Shown here: one piece after another, positions 1 to 7,852 of the stretch
Layout of the letters: every line of letters begins with the position of its first letter
Numbering within the stretch: the first letter of the stretch is position 1
Source of the DNA: a virus
Length of the DNA stretch: 45,228 bases
Strand: one strand, 5' to 3'
IMG/VR virus record: IMGVR_UViG_3300038379_000089
Location: 1 to 45,228 of that record
Program-made: the position numbers and the translations under genes
Notes under the pieces: generated by a model
The model's database searches: none
Seen by the model: the letters and a program-made list of their open reading frames with translations, nothing else
Told to the model about the DNA's origin: nothing

Positions 1-127
1 GAATAGGATGAAAATATCCGACAGCGCGAAAATCCTGAAAGCTGTTTGTGTCGCCTGTATAGGGTATGCGTTAGGGGATGCAAGGAATGTTGTAGCTCTT
101 TTTGATAAAAAAGGCGTCTACTCTGGA
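1..127. repeat. Terminal overlap, left copy (identical to 45102-45228)
   Basis: Bases 1-127 equal 45102-45228 (offset 45101, compared by eye along the whole length). Unique sequence is 45101 bp. Confidence 0.95.
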
Positions 128-271
128 AGCGAAGTTTTCTTTTTTGGTCTTTTTTGTGCGGCCTTATCTATGGCAATAATATCTGGATTATACTGCTTGT
201 GCGCTAAAAATGACGTAAGTAAACTGTTATCCAGCATTAGAGAACGAGAGCCAAAACAGTTCAAGCAATGA
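8..271 (+). CDS. Small membrane protein (87 aa), function unknown
   Basis: ORF track. Two hydrophobic segments (AVCVACIGYALG; VFFFGLFCAALSMAIISGLYCLCA). The copy of its ATG at 45109 lies 1 nt after the TAG of the preceding small ORF, so the gene string continues across the contig junction. Confidence 0.6.
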   Translation: MKISDSAKILKAVCVACIGYALGDARNVVALFDKKGVYSGSEVFFFGLFCAALSMAIISGLYCLCAKNDVSKLLSSIREREPKQFKQ

Positions 272-424
272 CCACACTTTTAAGGACGCACAGAAAAAGG
301 CAAGATAGGACAGTTCATAAAAGAACGGGAGAAAGAATCTTCGCCAGCACAGGGACGAGATGTATGAAGCTGAGGGTGCTGCGGGAGAGTTGCAGTTGAT
401 TATCTGGAAGCTGGAGGGGAAGAT

Positions 425-751
425 ATGACAGACGAATACATTCCCGATAGCTGGGTAATTGTTAAACTCCCTAACATAGATTCAGACGGGCATTTCTATA
501 AGGTCGTTGCTGGATGGTCTGGTGGGTATCTGTGGGGTAATAGTTGGCGCGTTAATTCCGGTGTCACAAGCCTTGAGAAGGACGGAGAACACTATTTAGC
601 CCACGGAAATTCAGGCAGTGTCTATCGTTTATGGCAGGAAAGGGAAGGGGAAAGAATGTCTATGATCTTTCCGCTTATCAAGTTGAAAGAGTCCGGCGCG
701 GTGGTTGTTCCCGTCGAAGAAGTGTATGAGGTGCTGCGTAATGGAAAATGA
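425..751 (+). CDS. Hypothetical protein (108 aa)
   Basis: ORF track. GGAGGGGAAG ribosome-binding site just upstream. Non-repetitive, globular-looking sequence (YKVVAGWSGGYLWGNSWRVNSG). Confidence 0.75.
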   Translation: MTDEYIPDSWVIVKLPNIDSDGHFYKVVAGWSGGYLWGNSWRVNSGVTSLEKDGEHYLAHGNSGSVYRLWQEREGERMSMIFPLIKLKESGAVVVPVEEVYEVLRNGK

Positions 752-950
752 TCTTGTGTACCGCCTTCGTAAGCGCGCAGAGATTCGCCGTAGCATCCCC
801 CATAGACGAAGCGTTATTAACAACGAGCCGGACAGGATAGCGGCTTTACTGGATGAGGCGGCAGCGGCCATAGAGGAGTTGACAAAAGATGTTAGAAGCA
901 GAACGGCTGGCGGCGGCGATCAATGCGGGGTTTATCCAGATTTCAATTGA
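741..950 (+). CDS. Hypothetical protein (69 aa)
   Basis: In-frame ATG 741 inside track ORF 705-950; it overlaps the stop of the upstream gene (ATGGAAAATGA). Its last ~20 codons overlap the next ORF. Confidence 0.5.
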   Translation: MENDLVYRLRKRAEIRRSIPHRRSVINNEPDRIAALLDEAAAAIEELTKDVRSRTAGGGDQCGVYPDFN

Positions 951-1071
951 CCCAGATGGGGTGATGCGTTATTCTTTAACAGAGAAAGGGTATATACAGT
1001 GGAAGCAGGAAACAGGCCAGAGAAACCCGATGTTGGAAATGTTCTTTCGGGCACAGAGAAGCGAAGGGTAG
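889..1071 (+). CDS. Hypothetical protein (60 aa)
   Basis: ORF track. GGAG 10 nt upstream of the ATG. Protein-like sequence (LAAAINAGFIQISIDPDGVMRYSLTEKGYIQW). Overlaps the previous ORF by 62 nt. Confidence 0.5.
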   Translation: MLEAERLAAAINAGFIQISIDPDGVMRYSLTEKGYIQWKQETGQRNPMLEMFFRAQRSEG

Positions 1072-1085
1072 ATCACAAGCTGAAG

Positions 1086-1226
1086 ATGGCCAGACGCAGG
1101 CTGAAGCAGCACCAGTGGGGAGAGTGGATGAACATGGGACGTCCTATCTCCAAGGAGCGCCTACTCCGCACGGGCAAGTACATACCTGCCGGGGAGTTCC
1201 GCAACGTTCCGCTGGAGAACAGGTAA
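1086..1226 (+). CDS. Small basic protein (46 aa); start uncertain
   Basis: Internal ATG 1086 of track ORF 999-1226, chosen because ATG 999 would overlap the upstream ORF by 73 nt. No strong RBS. Confidence 0.35.
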   Translation: MARRRLKQHQWGEWMNMGRPISKERLLRTGKYIPAGEFRNVPLENR

Positions 1227-1228
1227 AT

Positions 1229-1405
1229 ATGGCGCGGGAGCAGATGAGGCTAGACGAGGCTATCCTGTACGTAAAAGGGATGATTGACAACTTCGACAAA
1301 GACCCCAATGGGTACCCCTTTCATACACAGGCGTGTTCGATGTACGTGGTGTTAAAAGCGTTGGAAAACTTTATGAAAGGAGAGAAGCATGACGACAAAG
1401 ACTGA
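1229..1405 (+). CDS. Hypothetical protein (58 aa)
   Basis: Internal ATG 1229 of track ORF 1115-1405, 3 nt after the upstream stop, with GGAG about 11 nt upstream. Confidence 0.55.
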   Translation: MAREQMRLDEAILYVKGMIDNFDKDPNGYPFHTQACSMYVVLKALENFMKGEKHDDKD

Positions 1406-1547
1406 GGACTGCATGAAGGCTCTGGAATGGTTTGAGAAGCTGAATGACGCCCAGACACACGCAGAAGTAGGCAGGCTGTTTGACGAAGGGGAGACGGAAA
1501 AGAGGCTCGTTCATAGGATTCTTTGGATGGCTGCCTGCCCTTTCTAA
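1389..1547 (+). CDS. Hypothetical protein (52 aa, below the track cutoff)
   Basis: Read by eye: ATG 1389 preceded by AAAGGAGAGAAG, 52 codons, TAA at 1545-1547. It fills the gap before the polymerase gene. Confidence 0.55.
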   Translation: MTTKTEDCMKALEWFEKLNDAQTHAEVGRLFDEGETEKRLVHRILWMAACPF

Positions 1548-1583
1548 ATTCCTCTTTAACCCCTGCACGAAAGGAGCTGCGGT

Positions 1584-3353
1584 ATGCGGTGTGTGGTGGA
1601 TATAGAAACGGATGGGCTCAACCCTTCCCGTATCTGGTGTACCTCTGTTATCAACGTAGACACAGAGGAGAGCTGGTTCTTCGGGCCGGACGAGCTGGAT
1701 AAATTCGCAGAGTTAGCTAAGGGTATTACACAGTGGATAGGGCACAACTTCCTTACCTTTGACTGGCCGGTGATAGAGAAGTTTACCCCGGTGCGTATCC
1801 CTTTCCCCTCTATTCTTGATACTCTTATTCTTTCCCGTCTTCTCTTTACAGGAACAGTGAATAAACATTCCATGGAGGCGTGGGGTGAACGTCTGGCTAC
1901 TCCTAAGCAGGAGCACGAGGACTGGTCGCAGTTTAGCGAAGAGATGAAGCAGCGGTGTGTATCCGATACGTGGTTAAACCTGAAGATGTACCGGATGTTT
2001 CAGAAGTGTCTAGTCAATTATTCCCCTAAGTGCGTAGAGCTGGAGCATCAGGTACAACACATTCTTAACCGGCAGAAGGCGAACGGGTTCCCGCTCAACG
2101 TAGATAGCGCCTACGCCATTCTCAGGGAGTGCAAGGAAAAAGCGGAGGCCATTGAGAGCGAGATACATCTGTCCTTTCCGCCAGTGCCGGTGTTGGTGGA
2201 TACGTATTTTCCCCGCTATAACAAGGATGGTACGATGTCCAAGGCGTCTGAGGGTAAGCTGTCCCGGTTTCCAGTGCAGAAGAAACTGAAGAACGGGAAG
2301 TACCAGCTCTTCAAGATGCAGGAGTTTAACCTCGGTTCTCCCAAGCAGATAGTGGAGCGCCTGAATGAAACGGGGTGGAAGCCCACAGTGAAGACGGAGA
2401 AGGGCACTCCTAAAATTTGTGAAGAAAACCTCAAGACCATACCTGATACCGCCCCCGCCTCTATTCGCAAGCTGGTTGATTGGTGGTTGCTGCGGAATAG
2501 GTGTACGATAATCGAAGGATGGCTGGATGCTTACAACCCCAAGACAGGGTGCATCCACGGTACCTGCATAGGCATCGGAGCTATCACTCATCGCATGGCG
2601 CACTACGATCCTCAGATGGCAAATATCCCGGCCATTCGTAGCGAATACGGGGAAGCCCTGAGAGCGTGCCTGTACGCGGGGGACGATCCTTCCTATGTAC
2701 AGCTTGGGTGCGATATCGACGGTATACAGCTTTGCATCCTTGCCCACTACCTGAACGACCCCAAGTACACGGAGGCAATCGCCAGCGGGGTAAAGGAAAA
2801 GGGCACCGACATTCACTCCGTCAACCGGGATATCCTGAAAGAGATAGTGCCCCACGTAGACAGGGATGCAGCAAAGAAGTTTATTTATTCTATGCTTCTT
2901 GGTGCCGGTGGATACAAACTGGGTTTGGATATGGGCGTGGGCGCAAAGGAAGGACAGGCGTGCAAGGACAGGATGTTTACCCGCATTCCCGCATTTAAAC
3001 GAGTACAAAGAATGTGCGAAACTGCGGCCAAGCGCGGGTACATGCTAGGAATTGATGGCCGGAGGACTCCTGTTAAATCCGAACACTTTGCGCTATCAGT
3101 GTACCTCCAATGCGGAGAGGCGGTAGTGATGAAGCAGGCGTTAGTGTACATCCACGAGCGGGCAAAGCATCTTGATTGGAAGCAGATGGCGGTGGTGCAC
3201 GATGAAATACAGGCCCGCGTAAAGGCAGAACAGGCGGAGGAGTTAGGGCAGATTATGGTGAGCGCTATTGTGGATGCCGGTAAACTATTCCAGCTTAGAT
3301 GCCCTCTTTCAGGATCGTATAAAGTTGGGAGAAATTGGGCAGATACCCATTGA
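1584..3353 (+). CDS. Family A (Pol I / T7 gp5-like) DNA polymerase with 3'-5' exonuclease motifs
   Basis: 589 aa. Exo I DIETDGL; Exo II HNFLTFDWPV. Pol motif A DIDGIQLCILAH, motif B RDAAKKFIYSMLLGAG, motif C VVHDEIQ. Confidence 0.9.
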   Translation: MRCVVDIETDGLNPSRIWCTSVINVDTEESWFFGPDELDKFAELAKGITQWIGHNFLTFDWPVIEKFTPVRIPFPSILDTLILSRLLFTGTVNKHSMEAWGERLATPKQEHEDWSQFSEEMKQRCVSDTWLNLKMYRMFQKCLVNYSPKCVELEHQVQHILNRQKANGFPLNVDSAYAILRECKEKAEAIESEIHLSFPPVPVLVDTYFPRYNKDGTMSKASEGKLSRFPVQKKLKNGKYQLFKMQEFNLGSPKQIVERLNETGWKPTVKTEKGTPKICEENLKTIPDTAPASIRKLVDWWLLRNRCTIIEGWLDAYNPKTGCIHGTCIGIGAITHRMAHYDPQMANIPAIRSEYGEALRACLYAGDDPSYVQLGCDIDGIQLCILAHYLNDPKYTEAIASGVKEKGTDIHSVNRDILKEIVPHVDRDAAKKFIYSMLLGAGGYKLGLDMGVGAKEGQACKDRMFTRIPAFKRVQRMCETAAKRGYMLGIDGRRTPVKSEHFALSVYLQCGEAVVMKQALVYIHERAKHLDWKQMAVVHDEIQARVKAEQAEELGQIMVSAIVDAGKLFQLRCPLSGSYKVGRNWADTH

Positions 3354-3399
3354 CACCCCCTATGGATTGTGCTAGTCTTCACAGTATAGGAGAAAACAA

Positions 3400-3462
3400 A
3401 TGCAACAAAAGAAGAAGAAACCTAAAAAGAAACCGATGAAGAAACTACCTAAGAACTACTAA
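3400..3462 (+). CDS. 20-codon lysine-rich micro-ORF (MQQKKKKPKKKPMKKLPKNY)
   Basis: Read by eye: ATG 3400 with AGGAGAAAACAA directly upstream; TAA at 3460-3462. May be a leader peptide or may not be translated. Confidence 0.25.
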   Translation: MQQKKKKPKKKPMKKLPKNY

Positions 3463-3489
3463 ACCTCAACCAAAGAAAGGAACTATGAC

Positions 3490-4017
3490 ATGGCTAACAA
3501 ACCTCCTTATAAAAAACCTTCTGCAACCAAGGCTCCCGCAGTGGGCGCGCCCCCTAAACAGAGATACGTCAAGAAGCACACTGTTTACTGGTGCAAGTAC
3601 CAACAGCCGGACAACAACAATAAGTTCACCGTTGATGCGGTTAACCTCACGGCGGATGAAGTGAAGTTTTATTCCGACCTTGGTATAGAGATCCGGAACA
3701 AGGACGATGAGCGGGGTTCATTCGTTCAGTTCATGGCTTTTGGGCAAACCCCCAAAGGAGACCCTGTGGATTTTACGAACAATGTTGTTGATGCGTCTCT
3801 TAAGAAATTCACAGGGGGCAACATCGGCAACGGGTCTGTTGTGAATATTGATTTTGTCGCTGAGCCGTGGGAGTACATGGGTAAGTCCGGAGTGCGCCTG
3901 CGTATGTTTGGCATACAGGTTCTTCAGCACGTACCGTACGGCGGGTCAAACTTCAAGGTGGAAGAGGAGTACATCGAAGCGTCCGATGAATCTTCCCCCT
4001 TCGCAGTAGCGTCGTAA
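3490..4017 (+). CDS. Putative ssDNA-binding protein (T7 gp2.5-like); function tentative
   Basis: 175 aa right after the polymerase. Acidic C-terminal tail EEEYIEASDESSPF, as in gp2.5-type SSBs. Assigned from position and tail only. Confidence 0.5.
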   Translation: MANKPPYKKPSATKAPAVGAPPKQRYVKKHTVYWCKYQQPDNNNKFTVDAVNLTADEVKFYSDLGIEIRNKDDERGSFVQFMAFGQTPKGDPVDFTNNVVDASLKKFTGGNIGNGSVVNIDFVAEPWEYMGKSGVRLRMFGIQVLQHVPYGGSNFKVEEEYIEASDESSPFAVAS

Positions 4018-4129
4018 TTACTATGTCTTGGGGCAGCTATCGAGTAGCTGGGTGTGTGGTGAGGGAAGTAGGCGCAGACGCGTTGAAAGGGCAGCACACC
4101 GTCTTAACTAAAGAAGAAGGCACGTTCAC

Positions 4130-4969
4130 ATGAAATCCATTAAAACACTCATAGAGGATATTGATACCGTCCTCCTTTCCGGGGTTGATTCCTCTGACCA
4201 GAATAAGAAGGTGTTGAGGGAATTCGGTGAACGTGTCTCTTCTATTGTTGAAAAACGGTTATGCTCTAAACGGCAGCCTCCATCCCTGCGTATATCCGGT
4301 CTGGGCAAGAATCCCGCCACTCTCTGGCACGAGATACACGGTTCTCCCAAGGACGAGGAGATGGGGCCGGAAGCGCTGCTTAAGTTTCTTTACGGGGATA
4401 TCATCGAAGAGCTTCTTCTCACCCTTGCAGAGTTGTCCGGCCACGCCGTTACTTGCCGCCAGAAAGAGGTGGAAGTAGCTGGGGTGGTAGGGCATATCGA
4501 CTGCCTTATTGACGGAGAGCTTGTGGATGTCAAGTCCGCTTCTTCCCAGTCCTTTAACAAGTTCCAGTTTGATACCCTCAAGGACAGCGATTCCTTTGGG
4601 TACTACACGCAGCTATCGGGATACGCGAAGGCGCTGAACAAACCCAATGGGTACTTTCTGAGCATGGATAAAACGTTGGGGTACACCTGCCTGCTGGAGA
4701 TGAAAGGTGATACGGTAAGAGATGTGGAGACACTGATCCCCGAATTAAAGGCTATGTTGGCGGCCCCGACACCCCCTGTGTGCAATTGTGAGAAAGGGGT
4801 AGAGAAGAACGGTAACGAGTATCTGAAAGCCCCGTGCTCCTACTCTCCTTATAAATCCCTCGTTCATCCGGAAGTACGAACATTCATCTATTCCACCGGC
4901 CTGAAGCACTACACCAAGGTAGTAAAGGAACCGCTGGTGCAAGAGGTTACTAAAAAGAATGCAGGGTAG
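4130..4969 (+). CDS. PD-(D/E)XK nuclease, RecB/Cas4-like
   Basis: 279 aa. GHIDCLIDGELVDVKS (D...D-x-K) followed by TQLSGY (QxxxY). One N-terminal Cys (RLCSKR) and a C-terminal CNC...C cluster resemble Cas4/AddB Fe-S ligands. Confidence 0.7.
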   Translation: MKSIKTLIEDIDTVLLSGVDSSDQNKKVLREFGERVSSIVEKRLCSKRQPPSLRISGLGKNPATLWHEIHGSPKDEEMGPEALLKFLYGDIIEELLLTLAELSGHAVTCRQKEVEVAGVVGHIDCLIDGELVDVKSASSQSFNKFQFDTLKDSDSFGYYTQLSGYAKALNKPNGYFLSMDKTLGYTCLLEMKGDTVRDVETLIPELKAMLAAPTPPVCNCEKGVEKNGNEYLKAPCSYSPYKSLVHPEVRTFIYSTGLKHYTKVVKEPLVQEVTKKNAG

Positions 4970-5162
4970 GATCAAATCGTATGAGTATGAAGAGAAGCAT
5001 GGGCGTCGCAGAAAACATAAAGAACACTTTCTCTCCAATCCCAACATCATTGATTTCGAGTTGTACATTCTTCCTTTCATCTATTCCAAATACGGGGAGC
5101 TTGAAATGAAAAAGGTTTACTCTCTTTATCTTTCACGGGGGTACGATTTCTTTGGTAGATAA
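4959..5162 (+). CDS. Hypothetical protein (67 aa)
   Basis: ORF track. Fills the 4970-5151 gap and overlaps both neighbours by 11 nt. No clear RBS. Confidence 0.3.
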   Translation: MQGRIKSYEYEEKHGRRRKHKEHFLSNPNIIDFELYILPFIYSKYGELEMKKVYSLYLSRGYDFFGR

Positions 5163-5592
5163 ACCATACAAACCTGTGTACCGAGCGCGCCGCAGAGAAC
5201 GCTTCAAGGACAGTGAGTGGCAGGCGGATGGGTACGATTCAAGATTTGAGTGGACAATAGGACAACGGCTTCGGGCACTGGGTGTTGAGTTTGAACATCA
5301 GCCAGAGGCGTTAGAATACGTCAAGGTTTGCAAGTACACCCCCGACTTTAAGATAAAGACCCGCTCCGGTAAGGAGATGCTGATCGAGACCAAGGGGTAC
5401 TGGCTGCCTGCTGAACGTTCTAAGCACCAGAAGGTTGCCGCACAGCACCCGGACAAAGATATCCGCCTAGTATTTATGAACGCAAATAACCGCCTCAACA
5501 AAGGAAGCAATACCACCTACGCCGATTGGTGCAACAAACATAAGGTTAAGTGGGGGCATCAAACAATCCCGGATAGCTGGTTAAATGAGTAA
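5152..5592 (+). CDS. Phage T7 endonuclease I (gene 3)-type Holliday junction resolvase
   Basis: 146 aa. YTPDFKIKT..MLIETKGYW...KHQKV..QHPDKDIRLVF...NKGSNTTYADWCNKHKVKW follows the T7 endonuclease I block pattern closely. Only non-ATG starts are available (TTG 5152 or GTG 5176). Confidence 0.85.
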   Translation: MVDKPYKPVYRARRRERFKDSEWQADGYDSRFEWTIGQRLRALGVEFEHQPEALEYVKVCKYTPDFKIKTRSGKEMLIETKGYWLPAERSKHQKVAAQHPDKDIRLVFMNANNRLNKGSNTTYADWCNKHKVKWGHQTIPDSWLNE

Positions 5593-5602
5593 TGTAACGA
5601 AT

Positions 5603-5698
5603 ATGAAACCTCCTCCGCAAATGGTCTGGTGTAAGGTACACGGGACGGTTGTGGCGGATAAAAACGGAAGGTGCCCGAATTGTACAAGAAGTGGTTAA
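5603..5698 (+). CDS. 31-codon Cys-rich micro-ORF (WCKVH...CPNC)
   Basis: Read by eye: ATG 5603, TAA 5696-5698. C-x2-H ... C-x2-C pattern. Overlaps the start region of the phosphoesterase gene. Confidence 0.3.
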   Translation: MKPPPQMVWCKVHGTVVADKNGRCPNCTRSG

Positions 5699-6492
5699 TC
5701 ATTCCCGATTCCCATGCCATGCCGAATGAAGACCTGCGAAGGTACGATTGGCTCGGCGAGATGATACTCTTGGAGATGCCGGATGTAATCGTGGATATAG
5801 GGGATTGGTACGATATGTCCGCGCTGTGTTCCTACGACAAAGGGTTAAAATCTTTCGAAGGCAGAAGGTACAAGGCGGATATAGAAGCAGGTAGAGAAGC
5901 AGAGAATCGTTCCTTCGGGCGTATAGTTGAATACAATAATACCATGACCCGCCATAAGAAGAAGCACTACCGCCCTCTCATCATCCGCACTACCGGCAAT
6001 CACGAACACCGCATCCATCGTGCCATAGAGAAACAGCCGGAGCTGGAGGGCGTCATATCCACAACGGATACCCACGGCAAACACCTTGACCTAGATATCC
6101 GCGTCTATCCTTTTCTTGAGCCCGCTGTTATAGATGGGATTGCCTGCTCCCACTACTTTGTTTCCGGTATCATGGGCAGGCCGGTGGGTACTGCGAATCT
6201 TATTCTTCAGAAGCATCACATGAGTTCAATTAGCGGGCACTCCCATCTTAAGGACGCAGCCGAAGGAGTACGGGTAGATGGAACTAGAATGCAAAGTCTT
6301 GTGTGTGGGTCGTTCCTTGATCCTGACCATTGCTCGGGTTTCGCGGCCCCGCAGTCAGAGGCGTTGTGGTGGAGCGGCTTACACGTACTCCGCGATGTGC
6401 ATCAGGGGCAGTACGACAGGGAGGAATTCACTATCGGACGCATCCAACGTATGATGGAGGGAAGCAATGGAAACGCCGGTAAAGCCCCCTGA
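5671..6492 (+). CDS. Calcineurin-like metallophosphoesterase
   Basis: Motifs IIPDSHA, DIGDWYD, TGNHEHR and GHSH in canonical order. Start is GTG 5671 (track) or TTG 5680. Confidence 0.85.
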   Translation: MPELYKKWLIIPDSHAMPNEDLRRYDWLGEMILLEMPDVIVDIGDWYDMSALCSYDKGLKSFEGRRYKADIEAGREAENRSFGRIVEYNNTMTRHKKKHYRPLIIRTTGNHEHRIHRAIEKQPELEGVISTTDTHGKHLDLDIRVYPFLEPAVIDGIACSHYFVSGIMGRPVGTANLILQKHHMSSISGHSHLKDAAEGVRVDGTRMQSLVCGSFLDPDHCSGFAAPQSEALWWSGLHVLRDVHQGQYDREEFTIGRIQRMMEGSNGNAGKAP

Positions 6493-6829
6493 TAAAATAA
6501 AGGTAGGGTATAAGACACTGCGGGTAGTGCCCACGAAGGACTTCCGCAATCCCGAGCTGCCGGATCAACTGGGGGAGTTCTCAAGAGAGGCCAACCTGAT
6601 CAAGTACCGCCCGGTGTTAAGTGCCGATGAGAACGCCAATACCCTTCTTCATGAAGTCCTTCACGCCTGCTTCTACGTGTACGGCCTGAGTGTTCCCTTT
6701 GCAGATGACAAGCAGGAAGAGCTGATAGTGAATACCCTGACAAACGCACTTGTTGCCGTATTTAAGGATAACCCTAAATTCGCAACCTATTTGATGGAGA
6801 GCCTTGATGATACGAAAAAGCGGCAGTAA
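6467..6829 (+). CDS. Small HExxH protein (putative zinc metallopeptidase-like), 120 aa
   Basis: GGAGGGAAG RBS. Single HEVLH motif at 6650-6664 (TLLHEVLHACFY). No other recognisable domain. Confidence 0.6.
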   Translation: METPVKPPDKIKVGYKTLRVVPTKDFRNPELPDQLGEFSREANLIKYRPVLSADENANTLLHEVLHACFYVYGLSVPFADDKQEELIVNTLTNALVAVFKDNPKFATYLMESLDDTKKRQ

Positions 6830-6943
6830 ATACGTTCTATACAATCACTCTGGAACTAAAAAGCTCGGCACATTCTCCTCACGGGCGGCGGCAGAGAAGC
6901 GGGAGCGGCAGATTCAATTCTTCAAACATAAAGGAAAGTAACC

Positions 6944-7159
6944 ATGAAAAAGAAACAAACACAGAAGAAGAAGAAGAAAGCAAAGCGCGAACTGAAGAAG
7001 TGGAATGTGTTCTATACAGTCCCCGCCACTACGTATGAGACAGTGGTGGAGGCGTACTCACTTGAGGATGCAGTAGACATGGTCAAGCACGTTCTCAATG
7101 AAAGCGTGGAATCCGTCTATGGCGGGTGGGAAATCTTCGATGGGGTTCTTGATGAATAA
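6944..7159 (+). CDS. Hypothetical protein (71 aa) with poly-Lys N-terminus
   Basis: ORF track. AAAGGAAAG RBS. N-terminus MKKKQTQKKKKKAKRELKK followed by an acidic globular part. Confidence 0.6.
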   Translation: MKKKQTQKKKKKAKRELKKWNVFYTVPATTYETVVEAYSLEDAVDMVKHVLNESVESVYGGWEIFDGVLDE

Positions 7160-7304
7160 CGCCGAGTGGTTGCTGGTGTACGAACGAATCCTTGACCGGT
7201 ACGAAGTGGACGAGCTTGTGGGGATCCTTGAAATCTCGGTGGAGGAAATCCTTGACGCCTTCCGGGATAAGGTGGTAGAAAAGATAGAGGAGCTGGATGT
7301 ATGA
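7152..7304 (+). CDS. Hypothetical acidic protein (50 aa)
   Basis: Internal ATG 7152 of track ORF 7098-7304, overlapping the upstream stop (GATGAATAA). Confidence 0.5.
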   Translation: MNNAEWLLVYERILDRYEVDELVGILEISVEEILDAFRDKVVEKIEELDV

Positions 7305-7852
7305 CGACGAAAGAAACCAACCCAAAAGACAGCGTAGGAATCCGCAAAGCCCCTGCGTCTACTGTGCCCGCTGCGGTTGTGCTTGAAGTGGGAGTCGCCT
7401 TGCTGGAAGGGGCGCGTAAATACGGCAGGCATAACTACCGGGATATGGGGGTGCGTGCATCTGTGTATTATGACGCTACGATGAGGCACCTTATGTCGTG
7501 GTGGGAGGGAGAGGACACCGATCCGGATAGCGGGCTAAGCCACATTACAAAGGCGCTAGCTTCTCTTGCCGTGCTTCGGGATACAATGATTAATGATAGG
7601 TGGGAGGATGACAGGCCCCCGAGGACAAAGAGCTGCTGGCTGAAAGACCTGAACCAAAGGGCGGCGGGGGTTGTAGACAAATACCCCAATCCGCTTAAAA
7701 CACACACTCAATCTGAAAAGGAGAAAGCACCATGTACTTCAACGACTATCAGGACCACGCAAGAAAGTTTGCCATCTACCCAAGAGAGCAGGGGGCAGCG
7801 TACACTGTACTTGGACTCTGTTCGGAAGCGGGTGAGGTCGCCGATAAAGTAA
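7301..7852 (+). CDS. DUF5664-like protein (N-terminal domain of dATP/dGTP diphosphohydrolases)
   Basis: NPKDSVGIRKAPASTVP....LEGARKYGRHNYRD matches, from memory, the NPKD..G..K.P...P....GA.KYG..NWR signature. The last ~40 codons (7732-7852) overlap the MazG gene out of frame and look like noise. Confidence 0.6.
   Translation: MTTKETNPKDSVGIRKAPASTVPAAVVLEVGVALLEGARKYGRHNYRDMGVRASVYYDATMRHLMSWWEGEDTDPDSGLSHITKALASLAVLRDTMINDRWEDDRPPRTKSCWLKDLNQRAAGVVDKYPNPLKTHTQSEKEKAPCTSTTIRTTQESLPSTQESRGQRTLYLDSVRKRVRSPIK

Noticed and set aside
1-127. 127-bp repeats as genuine direct terminal repeats or as LTR-like ends of a mobile element
   Set aside because: Coding continuity runs across the junction and the overlap ends exactly at the window edge, which fits an assembly overlap. 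No integrase, transposase or target-site duplication is present. Read-level data are still needed.
268-399. 43-codon ORF with an ATGA overlap after the 87-aa gene
   Set aside because: It has no RBS and a strongly Arg-rich, noise-like sequence (MTTLLRTHRKRQDRTVHKRTGER...). It cannot be excluded, but it is not supportable from the sequence.
2010-3008. 332-aa ORF on the minus strand inside the DNA polymerase gene (also 2885-3382, 2216-2470 and 2584-2778)
   Set aside because: It is antisense to a gene whose polymerase motifs are unambiguous. The translation is Arg/Gly/Pro-rich and low-complexity, with no RBS. This is typical chance antisense openness.
7700-7735. Programmed -1 frameshift fusing the DUF5664-like ORF to the MazG ORF
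   Set aside because: The MazG frame has a TGA 18 nt upstream of its ATG, so only the GAA-AAG site at about 7717 could serve. That site is not a canonical X-XXY-YYZ heptamer. MazG also has its own strong RBS and ATG, so independent initiation is the simpler reading.
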